Of a DNA stretch of 64,000 bases, positions 14,394 to 28,076 are shown in pieces. This DNA comes from Dimorphilus gyrociliatus. Lineage: Eukaryota > Animalia > Annelida. The position numbers were made by a program, and so were the translations under genes. Location of the stretch: contig CAJFCJ010000005.1 in the NCBI GenBank assembly GCA_904063045.1, forward strand, positions 4,121,689 to 4,185,688. The letters are read 5' to 3'. The number at the start of each line of letters is the position of its first letter. Within the stretch, counting starts at the first letter, position 1. A model generated the notes under the pieces. That model saw nothing but the letters and a program-made list of their open reading frames with translations. It was not told the DNA's origin and ran no database searches.

Positions 14394-14936
14394 AATAGCA
14401 AGAACTTATACGGATACGTGTAAGAAAAAGATCCAAAATTGAAAGTTAGCTCGTTGTATTTCAACTTTACAAAATGCGTTTTTCATGAAAAAAACCATTA
14501 AGTGGGTTGAAAATCAAATATGCGATTCACCATTTTGACACCCATCAATGCAGATGGCATTAGCGCCTTAAGACTCGAAATTCTGTTAAGAAGACTATAT
14601 ACCTTCGTTGAAAGTTTCGTTATACAAATCACAGTGGCTCACCTAGCGGACCTAGATTAAACCTAATTTTTTCATAAAATAAAAATAAAAATTCTACTAA
14701 AATTTACCCTAAAAACTGCTCATTCAAATTAGAGTATTCACCAACACTTTTAAATTAATTTTTTAGTCCTAAAAAATCTGTTTAGTTTACTTCTCAACTA
14801 CTTCCTGTTCGAGAACTCTAAATAGCGTCAGAGAATATAAATGAAAACTGGTAAAAAGGAATATTTTCTTATTTGACACGGCGACAAAATCCAACAGTGT
14901 TTTATACAACTGAAATCCCAGGAAAGAAACACCAAA

Positions 14937-16081
14937 ATGGTATATATTATTGAAAAATATTTTTTGTTATACTCTTATATTCGATTATCTCGTAGGTTTC
15001 GGTTTTGAACACGATTGATACGACGCATGAGGATATGATAGTAAGTTTCACATCAACATGTTTATAACATTTCCAATATAATTTGTAATATATTTTTCAA
15101 TAGCACGATGCTCAGATGGATTATTATGGTACTAAATTGGCAACATGTTCATCTGATAAAAATGTCAAAATTTTTGAAGTTCGAGGAGGTCAACAGACTC
15201 TTGTAGCTACCCTATCTGGCCATGATGGACCGGTTTGGCAAGTAGCTTGGTCTCATCCTATGTTTGGCTCTCTTTTAGCTTCATGTGGATACGATCGTAA
15301 GGTTATTGTTTGGAAAGATACAAATGGAAGTTGGTCGAAACTGCATGAATATAGCTCTCACGATAGTTCAATTAACTCCGTCAGTTGGGCTCCTCATGAA
15401 TTAGGCATTATGTTAGCTTGTGCCAGTTCAGATGGTAGTATTTCAATTATTAGCACCACGGGAGATGGAGCATGGGACTCGAAGAAAATTAATAATGCCC
15501 ATACAATCGGTTGTAACACCGTTAGTTGGGCACCCGCGCTTACGCCAAACAGTGTACTAGGAGGTCAAAATCAAGAGAGTTATGTTAAAAGAATTGTAAG
15601 CGGAGGTTGCGATAATAATGTAAGAATTTGGCGGCAACACGACGGCGAATGGGAAGAAGAGTGCAAGTTAGATGGTCATAGCGACTGGGTGCGAGACGTA
15701 GCATGGGCCCCATCTATAGGAATTGGAAAAGATATGATCGCTTCATGTGGACAGGACTGCCGAGTGTTGATTTGGACAAATGAAGGTATATAGTATTATA
15801 TGCTTGTACCAAATAATAAATATGTTTTATTTCTAAAACCAGGAGATTCATGGACCTCAACGACTTTAAATACATTTTCGGATGTTGTATGGCATGTTAG
15901 TTGGTCAATGATGGGTAATATGTTAGCTGTATCTGGAGGTTGATAAATTTTCCATTTCTGAAGCGTACTGTACTAAAAAATACCGTTATTTTACTTTTTA
16001 GGTGACAATAAAGTCAGTGTATGGAAGCAAGAATTAAACGGAGGATGGGCTTCGGTATCAGACATGTCAGACAGGGATTAG
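14937..16081 (+). CDS. SEC13: Protein SEC13 homolog (WD40; COPII, Nup107 and GATOR2 complexes), 5 exons
   Basis: ATG|[15 protein letters not shown]|[18 protein letters not shown]...[17 protein letters not shown]...[15 protein letters not shown]. The last exons encode [18 protein letters not shown]|DNKVSVWK. Confidence 0.95.
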
Positions 16082-16214
16082 ATATTTGAAAAAAAAACTT
16101 TAAAGTAAATTATTTGTTCGATATAATGAATTATATGGATATTTCATTTTTCGTTGTAAAACATACTTTCAATTTTACAAAGAATTTCTATTTTATTTAA
16201 AACATTAACAAAAA

Positions 16215-17454
<1,240 letters not shown>

Positions 17455-17804
17455 AGTCGATTCTAGCTTGTATTATCGTTAGGTGTTAACAGGCAGAAAG
17501 TATATATATAGTTCAGAATTTTTCACTAGTTTATAAATTCCAAAAAAATGTGCTGTAATCATAACATCAAAAATAATATTGAAATAAATAAGGCGTTTAG
17601 CAGAAGTAATAATTTTGATTATGGCTCTAATAATGATTCTAAATATAAGACTTACCGATGAGTATAAAGGACTATGGATGTAGTAAATATATTTAGAAAC
17701 ATATTCGAGAGACTTATTTAAGACATTTATGCCTATTGGATAAAGATTCTTGAAAATGAAACACGCCGCCCAATAAAAATGTTCATAACAAACTTCTAGA
17801 TAAC

Positions 17805-17815
17805 AGCGCCATCTA
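17805..17815 (-). promoter_or_regulatory. CTCF-like motif TAGATGGCGCT in the PSMD14/BAG3 divergent promoter
   Basis: The plus strand reads agcgccatcta, the reverse complement of the recurrent motif. Confidence 0.5.
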
Positions 17816-17831
17816 CAGACAAAATAAATCG

Positions 17832-17846
17832 AGAAACTTCGAGAAG
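17832..17846 (+). promoter_or_regulatory. Heat shock element (perfect three-unit nGAAnnTTCnnGAAn)
   Basis: aGAAacTTCgaGAAg ends 40 nt upstream of the BAG3-like ATG. BAG3 is the HSF1-inducible BAG family member. Confidence 0.65.
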
Positions 17847-17886
17847 TACCTCGACTGTTCACCAAATTTGTATATATATAGTAAAT

Positions 17887-18791
17887 ATGTACGGACACTC
17901 GGCAAATCAGTCCAATAACGAACCACTGCCTCCTGGTTGGCAAATGATGATCGATCAACGTACAGGTTGGCCTTTTTACATAAACCACAACGATCAAACG
18001 ACTACGTGGGAAGATCCCCGTTTAAGAAAGGTAATATTTCATTGATCTCCTATTAAATCTGGTTTAAAAGTTTGCGTTTTAAATAGTCTGACCATCAAAA
18101 TTCGATAAACATCCCTATTCAACGAGTGGGGAACGAACAGAGGATGCCCCAACAGCCACAACCTCAGTATCAACCTCAACAGCCACATGGCGGACATAAT
18201 ATCCCATATCAAGCTTATCAACAGCAGACACATCCTAATTATCAGCATCCTCAACCTAGTAATTTACCTTATCCATCTAACTTCGCTGCTACTAATCCAA
18301 ATAACCAAGCGAATTTTTCCTCAAACAATAATGCTCCCCATAATCCAATCGTAAAAGAAATACCAATCCAAAGAGAAGGACATACTGCATCGATGACTAA
18401 GACACCAGCTACATCAAATTCGACTCATCTAGAGACTTCCAAACCTAGTGCGGACTCACGTAATACACCCTCACCTTTGCCACTATCATCAATGGACAAA
18501 GTTAACAAGATTACGGATGAAGTTAAAAGCCTTAAAGAAAAAGTTGAAATATTTAAAGGAAAGAAGAGCGATAAAGAGTATCTATATCTTGAAGAGATGT
18601 TAACCAGACAACTTATACAATTAGATAATATAGATTCGGAAGGGGACGATACAATTAGGGCTTGTCGAAAAGCAGCCGTTCAAATGGTTCAGACGAGTAT
18701 TGATATACTAGAGCATAAGTGTTCACAGTATAACAATACAATGACGAATTATTCTACTGCAAATAAAGAAAGTGATGGTACAACTTCGTAG
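17887..18791 (+). CDS. BAG3: BAG family co-chaperone with WW domain, two IPI (IPV-type) motifs and a C-terminal BAG domain, 2 exons
   Basis: Exon 1 (17887-18030) encodes the WW domain [33 protein letters not shown]. Exon 2 has NIPIQ and EIPIQ motifs and the BAG domain [43 protein letters not shown]. Confidence 0.88.
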
Positions 18792-19019
18792 AAAAAATTA
18801 TTATATTGAACTATGCAAATGTAAAATAATCAGATTTTATCTATTTATTATATCTGACTGCTATTGAGTTATGTTTTCATTATTAAATTAGAATATCATA
18901 ATAATACTTATTAATTATTTAACTAATAAAGAATTTACCTTTAGCCTTGTTTATTGCTTCTTTGCCGTTGTTGAAAAAATTCAACTTTTACTTACTTTAA
19001 ATATTCGTTCTTAATGAAA

Positions 19020-19030
19020 TAGATGGCGCT
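19020..19030 (+). promoter_or_regulatory. CTCF-like motif TAGATGGCGCT upstream of PAAF1
   Basis: Exact recurrent motif about 70 nt before the ATG. Confidence 0.5.
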
Positions 19031-19100
19031 GTGTGAAATTTAAAAAAAACGTACTCTCTCTAACTTCGTTCAGTTCTTTAATACAAGTTTCGATTAAAGA

Positions 19101-20261
19101 ATGTCTGGAAGATTACTTATTCAAAGCGATTGGAATCAATCAATACGGGAAATTGGAGAGAATACATGGGTTTCTTATAAATCCGATGGTAATTTATCTA
19201 TCCAGGGAAAAATTAAAAGTGAAGGTCTTAACGCCCAAGGAGACCCTAGAGTAACTGCCTCTACCGGCTTCGAGGTACTTCAACTATCAAAACGTTCTAT
19301 TGTGGTGCAATACACATCAAGCGAAGGTATAGTTTCTAGACAATTCTACGCCGCAAGTCAGACGTTCTCAATACATAAAAAAGCAGTTAAAAGTATTGAT
19401 ACTTCTGAAGGAGGTCTAGGAGTCTCCACAGATGATGATGAGCGGTTGATTGTATGGACAACAGAGAGTGGTGATATTCGAAGATCACTGAATGAGCAAG
19501 ATGGCCATTTTGGAGATATAAATAATTGTAAATTCTTTCCCTCTGGCCTTGTCTTACTGACTGCTGGAGCCGACACTCGTCTTAAAATTTGGTCAATTGA
19601 AGATGGTAGATGTGGTGCCACGCTGACAGGACATAAAGCCGGTGTTCTTGACACGGCCATAGTAGAGAGAGGGAAAAACATAGTTTCCTCTTCTAGAGAT
19701 GGGACAGTTAAACTTTGGCACGTAGGCACACAGACTATATTACACTCTTTTCAACCAGAAGGAGGATGTGTAAACTCCTGCACTGTTTGCGGTCCCAAGA
19801 GTGAAAGTATATCGGAAGATAATAAAGAATTTGGGACAGATGGCAAACTACTGTTTGTAGGTGGAGAAAATGGGAGAATTGTAGGATATGATATGGCTCA
19901 AAGAGAGAAAATATTCGATATAATGCACAACTCTGCATCAAATTGCATTTCAACTTTCAATGAAAATTTGCTTTGCAGTGGCTTTCAGGATGGAAGTATT
20001 GTATTCTACGATCTGCGAAATTTGAATAGCCCTCTACGAAAAATATACAGTGGAAGAGGTTCTATTTTAGCATCTAAACTCCATTCTAAAAATATGTTCT
20101 TTTCTAATTCGGACGGCAGTGTATTTGGTATTAATGAACAATTCGAAAACGTTGCCGAGTTAACAGGATCCGAATGTGATCCTATTTATAGTTTGTCGTC
20201 TGACGGAACGTATTTATACTCGTCTTGTCGAGATGGAACAATAAGAAAGTATCAAATATAA
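19101..20261 (+). CDS. PAAF1: Proteasomal ATPase-associated factor 1 (WDR71/Rpn14), single coding exon
   Basis: LLIQSDWNQSIRE...WVSYK N-terminus, GHFGDINNCKFFPSGLVLLTAGADTRLKIWS, WD40 repeats, LYSSCRDGTIRKYQI end. Confidence 0.88.
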   Translation: MSGRLLIQSDWNQSIREIGENTWVSYKSDGNLSIQGKIKSEGLNAQGDPRVTASTGFEVLQLSKRSIVVQYTSSEGIVSRQFYAASQTFSIHKKAVKSIDTSEGGLGVSTDDDERLIVWTTESGDIRRSLNEQDGHFGDINNCKFFPSGLVLLTAGADTRLKIWSIEDGRCGATLTGHKAGVLDTAIVERGKNIVSSSRDGTVKLWHVGTQTILHSFQPEGGCVNSCTVCGPKSESISEDNKEFGTDGKLLFVGGENGRIVGYDMAQREKIFDIMHNSASNCISTFNENLLCSGFQDGSIVFYDLRNLNSPLRKIYSGRGSILASKLHSKNMFFSNSDGSVFGINEQFENVAELTGSECDPIYSLSSDGTYLYSSCRDGTIRKYQI

Positions 20262-20572
20262 ATCATTTTATTACTGTTAGTTTCTCTTGTAATAAGATAG
20301 ATGGCAGCAGTGTACTATAACTGAGCACTCATTTTTGGGTGTCTATTTCACTATTTTCGTACAATAACATATTTTTAAATAAAGAGATTAAAAGATTGAA
20401 AATTTAATAGAATTTTTTAACTATATCGCTCACCAAATCTATTTATTTTGGTGCTGTCCTTTCATGTAAAACGCCATCTTGGAAAATACTAGTAATCCAC
20501 GCGGTTTTACGCGAAAATCATTGCCTTTTCTAATTAGCTGGCGGGAAATATTAGGCTAAATAGCAATCAAAT

Positions 20573-23500
20573 ATGCCATCTAATAATCAACTAGATCCTA
20601 AGGAGAATGCTCTCTTTAAACGTGTCCTAGTAAGTATGTTCCCGGCATATATTTTATTACTCTTTAGCAACAGTCTCGTGCCAGTACTAATTTCTAATTA
20701 ATTTAAACCATTTGAAGAAATGTTACGAGCAGAAACAGTACAAAAATGGTCTAAAATTCGCAAAACAAATTCTCTCGAACCCCAAATTCTCAGAACATGG
20801 AGGTAAACAGAAACACCGTTAACCTTTATCACTTTTTTTTTCAACGAACATTACTCATTGCAGAGACTCTTGCTATGAAAGGTTTGACTTTAAATTGTTT
20901 AGGCAAGAAAGAAGATGCTTACGACTACGTTAAAAAGGGATTAAAGAATGATTTAAAGAGCCATGTTTGTTGGCACGTATACGGTCTTTTGCAGAGGTCA
21001 GATAGAAAGTATGAGGAAGCTATCAAGTGTTATAGAAATGCTTTGAAATGGGACAAAGATAACTTGCAAATTCTTCGGGATTTGTCTCTTTTACAAATTC
21101 AAATGCGAGATCTAGAGGGATATAGGGTAAGTTTTATAAATTTATTATTACTTCTCTTTCATGTATTTCTTCTGGCGAAAAGTTTATGCTGAAGAAAATT
21201 ACATATAATGATAACATTAATTTTAGGAAACTCGATATCAATTACTGGTTTTACGTCCGATTCAACGTGCCTCATGGATTGGTTACGCCATGGCTCATCA
21301 CCTACTAAAGAATTACGAAATGGCTTTTCAAGTTTTGGAAGAGTTTCGTAAAACTCAATCCGACGTTAAGCCTTGGGATTATGAACACTCGGAATTACTT
21401 TTATACCAAAATAACGTGCTGACAGAAGCTGGAAATCTGCAGGCAGCACTCGATCATCTTAATAAATACGAAACACATATTTTGGATAAGTTAGTTTTGT
21501 TCGAAACCCGAGGTGAGCTTTTTATAAAAAGTTACATTTAATTTATTATTATATAATAATAGTTTTTTTCCCTTTATCTATCATTTCAAGCCTCTCTACT
21601 GCTAAAATTAGAAATGTTTGAAGAAGCGGAAAACATTTACTTGAAACTAATAGACAGAAATCCTGAAAACAAAGCTTATTATGAAGGAGTTGCAGCTGCA
21701 AGGAGATGTGAAACACCTGAAAGTAAATTAGCAATATATAAGGAAATTAAAGAAAAGTATCCCAGGGCATCCGTTCCACGAAGAATGCCCCTAATATTTG
21801 CTAGTCGTAAGTAAACTGCAGTTTGGGCAACTGCAAATTACTAACAATAATTACTCGTGGTGATAACCTTTACAGCGAGCCAAGGTTTCAAGGAATACGC
21901 AGATGCGTTGTTGAGGCGATCTTTGCAAAAGGGCATCCCACCGTTATTTGTCATGCTAAAGCCGCTCTATCAGGACGCTCAAAAAGTAAACTCTTTGAAT
22001 TATTAGTAATTAATTAACCTTATTAATTAATTATTAACAATTGTTAGGTGACCATTTTGGAAGAATTAATTCTGCAATACGCTAATAATTTGAAAAGTTG
22101 CAATAAATTCCATCATGACGGTAAAGAAACTAATAGTACCCTAAATGAATTGTTTATATGCTCATGTTTACGTTTGACAGACGATGAAACTCAAAATCCA
22201 ACCGTATTATTATGGACATACCATTTACTAGCTCAACATTTCGATCAAATCGGAGATACTGTGAAAGCTCTAGATTACATAAATGAAGCTCTTAATCATA
22301 CTGTCACTCTCATAGAATTGCTTGTAGTCAAAGCAAAAATTTTCAAACATGCTGGCGATGTTGTTCAAGCTGCAGAGTGTATGGATGAAGCACAAAGTTT
22401 GGACACTGCTGATAGATTCATTAATTCTAAGTGTGCCAAATATATGATTAGAGCTGGATGGATGACTAAAGCTGAAGTTATGTGTGCAAAATTTACAAGG
22501 GTAAGTAAAGTTGGTATTTTTTTTATTACTTTTACATAATATTTATATATATTTATATATATCTATATATAATTGAATCACCTAATTTAAAGTTAATATT
22601 TGATTCTATTTAAATAGTAAATAAGGCGTTGATGTAGAAAGTTTGTTTATTGAAATTCCTCTTCCTTTTACAGGAAGGAATGCCCGCTACCGAATCACTT
22701 AATGAAATGCAATGCATGTGGTATCAGAGTGAATGTGCAGCTTCTTATATGAACCAGGGCCGTTATGGTGAAGCCCTTAAGAAATGTGTCGAAATCGATC
22801 GGCACTTTATGCAAATTAATGATGATCAATTTGATTTTCATACTTATTGCATGAGAAAAATGACGCTTCGAGCGTATATTGATCTATTGAGACTTGAAGA
22901 TCGTTTGAAATGTCATAAGTTTTACGTGAAAACAGCTACTATAGCTATATCTATTTATGTTCACTTGCACGATCACCCTGTAGCTGATAGGAAACAGAAA
23001 GACGACAACGATTCTGGCTTATCGGCATCAGAATTAAAAAAACGTAAAAATAAGGAACGAAAAGCGGCTAAGAAGGCTGCTGCTGAGCAAGCAGCTAAAA
23101 GAGCTGAAGAAGCGAAAAAAGAACATAATAAGAAATTACCTCCTGCCGATCCTGATATAGACCGAGTTCCAGAAGAAACTTTAGATCCTGAAAAACTAGA
23201 AAGAACAGAGAAGCCTTTGGATGAAGCAATAAAATTCCTAAAACCATTGCTGAGCTTACGTCCAAACGATTTGAACACGCATATTCTGGCTTTTGAGATT
23301 TATTTCCGAAGAAGTAAACCCCTACTGATGCTGCAAGCAATTAAAAAGGGACTCAGTATTGATACCTGTGATCCTGTTTTGCATACATGCGTAATTAGAT
23401 TTTTGAAATATGTCGCCAGTACCAAGCACGACAACCCAGCTGTTAAGGAAGTATTGGAGTCGGAAATGGCTTCTCTCTTTCCAAACGGTGTTGATCCAGT

Positions 23501-23936
23501 TGTAGTCAACAATAAATTCTTAGAAAACTACCCAAAGAGTTTACCCCACCTATTAGCAGCCGCAAAGATGATGTTTTTGCTCGATACAGAGACTGGTGAA
23601 CGCGCTAGATCTTTAGTAATTGGGCTAAATTCTGATCTAACCTCTGTTAACATTAAGGTAAGAGATATAAATTTGCAAGTTAAGAGAGTAGTAGCCTAAT
23701 ACATAGTTACTATAAAAGAAAACAAAAGCAACCTATACTAAAGATGTTTCATTTACTTTTAAATTTCAGTCATGCACAGAGGTCCTTAAGGCCTTGGAAG
23801 GAGATGAATTAGGTAAATGCGAAAAGATGTATCAAGACTACAAAGAATTGTGCCACGAGAAGTTCCCGTTTGCTCGTGCGTTCTTTCCTCCTAATAAACT
23901 AGTTAATGGTAATTCAGAGGTGGAAAACGAACCATA
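20573..23936 (+). CDS. NAA15: N-alpha-acetyltransferase 15/16, NatA auxiliary subunit, multi-exon
   Basis: [19 protein letters not shown]|[92 protein letters not shown]. Confidence 0.96.
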
Positions 23937-24395
23937 AAGTGCTCGTAGTGTCTTTTCCTGCAGCGTTTTTTAGAGACGCATTTTTATGCAAAAATTATAA
24001 ACTTTTTTTTCGCGAACGAAATAAAACGCGACAGAATGTGTATGGAAAATATATTTCTATTTATCTTGTAAGAACTTCTTTCCCTCCTTTGTTGAACTGT
24101 ATTAAAACGTTCAATGAACAGTTAATTGTTTTGTCTTTTTTTTACGTTTGTGTGTTGGGGAAATGACGCTTTCTTGTTGAAAAAAAAAATTCTCTTTTTT
24201 TTAGGTTGACTTTTTTTTTAATGCATAAAAACAATCGCGTCGTTTTATATAAAAATAATGAAACAAAAGAAAAAAAGGAAAGTAAAAAGGAAAAAAATAT
24301 TAAGCAATATTTTATAATAAGCGCTTTGTTTTGTTTATGAGAAATACACAACAAATTACAATTTAGATAGTTTTTATAATAAATAATAAGTCCTC

Positions 24396-25448
24396 TTAGG
24401 TATGAGTATGAGATATAACAAGCCAACTGATTACAAAGTAGAAAAGAAAAATTGGATATACTGCTAACGCTTTTCTTTTTGGCGGTTGACTTTCCGATAG
24501 AAAAGCTGTTGAGGCTGTATATGGGTTTTATATATAATATATAACTTATATTATTTCTCATATGTTCAATCTTTTACTTACCGAAAGTGGACCAACCAAA
24601 GGCAATTAGAACAACCACACATCTTATTATAAATAGTACTACTGATTGTGTTTCTGCTAATAGTATTATTCGGCATACTATTAGTGAGACAGCCAGTGGA
24701 AGAACACAATACCCTAGCACGCAAACAGACTGAAAGAAACTTATAGATCCTCCTAAAAGTTTTATATTCAATGTAACTATAAATGCTCCAACCCAATAAA
24801 TAACAAAAACTTCGGCAAATTGAGGCCCTCCATCATTACTGCTATCAATAGTTTTAGTTGAACCTTGCAACATCCTGTTTAATTTAATTTTATTATTGGT
24901 TATGATTTTTTTCGATTGATTCCTTATTTTCGCTTAAATGTTTCTTTTAGTCATTTTGCACGTTACGTTTATAATTTAGAAGATTATTTGTACTTACATT
25001 GCTAGAAAGATACAAAGAATCAATGGCCCCCAAAGATCCCATTCTCTTAATAAAGCTCTACTTTCTTTTGGCCATAAAACATGAACAAATTTCTTTCCAA
25101 CAGCTTTAACATCTCGAAGCTGGAAAATATTTTGGTCAGTTAAAAACAAAAAAAAACAAATTTAACAAATAAAATGTATCTTGATTACTTACTACTGTTA
25201 CTCTAACCGGTTCATCCAATGTTGATAAATCATCTTCTTCATCAGGTGCTCCTGGTACTGTTATATCACCCTCCAAATCAACAGAAATACCAGGGTTCTA
25301 AAAATAATATATAATTTAGGAAATTCATTAGAAATAGTCTTATCACCTAGTTGAACTCTAAAACTGTATTAATTGAATTTAAAATTTATTTGACAGTTAC
25401 TTTAATAAGACTATTTACCTCTTTAAATTCTCCGTCCACGTCAGCCAT
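24396..25448 (-). CDS. YIPF6: Yip1 domain family member 6, multi-exon
   Basis: Exons encode STLDEPVRVTV, LLREWDLWGPLILCIFLAM, GGPQFAEVFVIYWVGAFIVTLNIKLLGGSISFFQSVCVLGYCVLP and a final ASTAFLSESQPPKRKALAVYPIFLFYFVISWLV. Confidence 0.92.
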
Positions 25449-25521
25449 ATCTTTTACTAAATGAATGGAATTTGTAACCTTACTAAGAGAGAGAATTTTG
25501 TTTTTTCAATGTAAAGCTCGC

Positions 25522-25532
25522 TAGATGGCGCT
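25522..25532 (+). promoter_or_regulatory. CTCF-like motif (CGC)TAGATGGCGCT between the YIPF6 start and the 7SK promoter
   Basis: Best match in the window to the CTCF consensus. It lies ~75 nt upstream of the YIPF6 ATG. Confidence 0.55.
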
Positions 25533-25793
25533 ACAGAATAAAAACACTACACGAATATAGGGTTATATAGAATAGAGAAGATGGTAATGAAATTTATTTT
25601 TCAATTTACCGATTTATGGCGTAAATTCGATAAAAGTTAAAGAATATGAAAGGAGCATATCTTGTATCCAAATTTAATTATGCTAGAAAGACAACGTTTG
25701 CTAGAACCGTTAAATAGAAAATAGTATTTGTACGTTATCTTATTAGCATACAACCAATTTAGATTAGTCGGCTAGCCATCAAACTTTGGGGGA

Positions 25794-25801
25794 TATATAA
25801 A
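25794..25801 (+). promoter_or_regulatory. TATA box of a type-3 Pol III promoter (7SK)
   Basis: TATATAAA lies 32-25 nt upstream of the predicted +1 G at 25826. A PSE is expected at about 25760-25790 but is not confidently identified. Confidence 0.6.
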
Positions 25802-25825
25802 CGGAAGGATTGAGATATAGTTATT

Positions 25826-26068
25826 GAATGCGTGGTGTCCACGGGACGTCTGAACATCGATCGCTGATAACCTATAGGGCGTACGGCAGATCTGTTTAGA
25901 ATCGTTCTTCCACATACACATTCATTCGTCGGTTCCCGATGCACGGTACGATCGCTCGGTCGAGCCTCATTAACATACCCATAAGCATATAGTCCAGCTA
26001 GGATTTAGTGTCATTTGGTTTAAGACGCATTCAGTTGCAGGCACTGTCGTAGCAGTTTGCCTTATTTT
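25826..26068 (+). ncRNA. RN7SK: 7SK small nuclear RNA, ~243 nt
   Basis: 5' GAATGCGT (25826-33) pairs with ACGCATTC (26025-32), forming stem M1. The hairpin TCTGAACA-TC-GATC...GATC-TGTTTAGA (25849-25900) carries the paired GAUC HEXIM motif. A 3' hairpin AGGCACTG...CAGTTTGCCT (26039-62) is followed by a T6 terminator, and a TATA box lies upstream. Confidence 0.85.
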
Positions 26069-27791
26069 TTAAATTCAAAAACTAATCTTGTTGCCTCTTT
26101 CTGCGCACTACACTTGCTTTTTTCGTCTTGCACAAAGACAATTTCCAATAGCCTATTATAGTGCTAATGATGATAATTAATTAGGGAGGATGGTTAATGA
26201 ATATTCATGAAGTGAGGAGGAAAATGATATATTGGAACAGAGGGAATTTGGAAGAGGTCTTCAATTTCGATTTCCTTGCTTTCTGCATGGATTAGCAGAG
26301 GGTTTTTTTTTGACTTTGATCAATTCGGTTTTCCTATTCTAATTATTTAACTATTTTGCTGCTCTAGCTAAAAATTGGTAGGAATATCGAATAAAAAATG
26401 AGCTGGCAATTGGAATAAGCAACGTCCAAAATCAAATTATAAAGATTGGGATGTCTTGTTATGAGAAACGAATCACTCAGGCACTCGCAAATAAATTAAT
26501 CAAATTTAGACGCTGAAAGAATCATTAACGGCTTCTTATAAGCGTCGCCGTCTTACAGATCTGTATACTCTAGTAGTTATATTATGATTATGATTATTAT
26601 TATTATTCCTACTTGAAAGATGCTCCGTACTTGTTTTATTATTCCATAATTAGCGTACTAGTGCAGTTGTCTATTACACAAAAACAGTATACTAAGTGCA
26701 GTTTTTTGATGGCCCACAAAATGGATAATATAATATCAAATAGAGAAAAGAAAAGACTAAGGAAAGAAATATTGTTTTATTTCCTTCTCTCTCTCTCTCT
26801 CTGCCAATCTCCCATCTTTCTCTTCTGTGGCTGCTTGTCCACCGTATACTATATACTACGTCTGTATAGTAGAAATCCTGACTTATAAGTGGCGAAATCC
26901 CATTCAACGTTGCGATAGTGTTAGGTTTTAGACAATAAATGGAACCTTTTCAAATGAAAGAGGATCCATTAGCGTACTTTCCGTTTCTACTTTACTTTCT
27001 CGCCTCCTCATCGACTAGCGAACTAATTGTTAGTTAAACGCCAATTAAGCGATTTTGGAGGCTGAATTTTACCAAGCGTGTAGCGGAACGGGTGCGTCTA
27101 ATAGGCAGGAAGTGGGAAATTGTCAACTCTGCTCCGCCTAACTTCCCCTCGAGGTGCTTGTATAAGAATTGCCTTTCGCCCGAAAGAACGATATCAAAGT
27201 TGACGCGGAAGCCACTGATCTGCAGTAAAAGGGTTTTATCCGCCGCAATAATCCAACGGCCCTTATAGGCGTTCTATTACATTGTATATAGGAAGAAAGT
27301 AACAGCAAGGTGGAAGCAAGAACTTTTCACAATCAGTTTTCGAGCGTCCAATTAAAATTTTCGATTGTGTAAAGCAGAACCGTAGAATAAATGAGAAGTG
27401 TCAGAACGGATTATATCTATTGTAGGACTATTCATTCTCTTCCTATTCCAGTTAGACGTATGCACCAGCGAATATGGAAACGCTTCGTCGATTTTCGAAT
27501 CAAGTAAAAAATTACCCGTGTTGAATTTTTTCTTTATAAAATGGTTAATTGAAGACCTTTGGCTATTTCGTGACGCTCCGTCAAAGTAAATAACATAAAA
27601 GAAGCACAAAGTAGTAGAGGGAGGAAATAGATTATGAGAAAGAATATCGTGAAAATAAAGCCTGGAGGATGATCATGATGAGGACAATGACGACGACGAC
27701 GATGACGACAACGGTCGTGATAGGTTATATGAAGAGATGGCGAGAAGAGATGGATTGCAGTTTTATATTTTTCGACCAAATGCTTATCTTC

Positions 27792-28064
27792 TCAATCAAA
27801 AACATTTATCATCTCTTTTTGCAGAGATTGCTCGTCATTCTCTCTACCTAAATGGCGTCGTATACTGGAAATCGAACCAAGCTGAATAGGTCTGTCTTCT
27901 ACCAACCTCTTTACGTCGACGGCGTCAAAATATCCTATATCTTTCGAGTCGGAATGCAACCACCGTACAATATCACGTTTCAGACCTATATAATGTAGAA
28001 CTATCGAAACACCTATCAAGCACAAGAAGAGAATAACGAGAAGGAAACGTCGCAATCTTCTCAT
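27792..28064 (-). CDS. Unknown 90-aa type II membrane microprotein (second ORF of a candidate bicistronic mRNA)
   Basis: MRRLRR basic N-terminus, hydrophobic FLLVILFLCLIGVSIVLHYIGL, then a polar stem-like region. A at -3 gives a reasonable start context. No family recognised. Confidence 0.55.
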   Translation of the reverse strand: MRRLRRFLLVILFLCLIGVSIVLHYIGLKRDIVRWLHSDSKDIGYFDAVDVKRLVEDRPIQLGSISSIRRHLGRENDEQSLQKEMINVFD

Positions 28065-28076
28065 AGCTGCTTCAAG

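Noticed and set aside
19358-23512. Minus-strand ORFs inside PAAF1 and NAA15
   Set aside because: Antisense shadows of real coding exons.
25759-25944. 61-aa minus-strand ORF
   Set aside because: GTG start and antisense to the 7SK gene; the RNA structure explains the sequence better.
27035-27275. GC-richer patch with an ~80-codon ATG-less minus-strand frame
   Set aside because: No start codon, no phase-compatible splice from the 90-aa ORF, no family resemblance. It may be 3' UTR or regulatory sequence.
27792-28064. Resemblance of the 90-aa ORF to Golgi enzyme (e.g. NDST) N-termini
   Set aside because: Only generic type II anchor features; no catalytic exons are found downstream.
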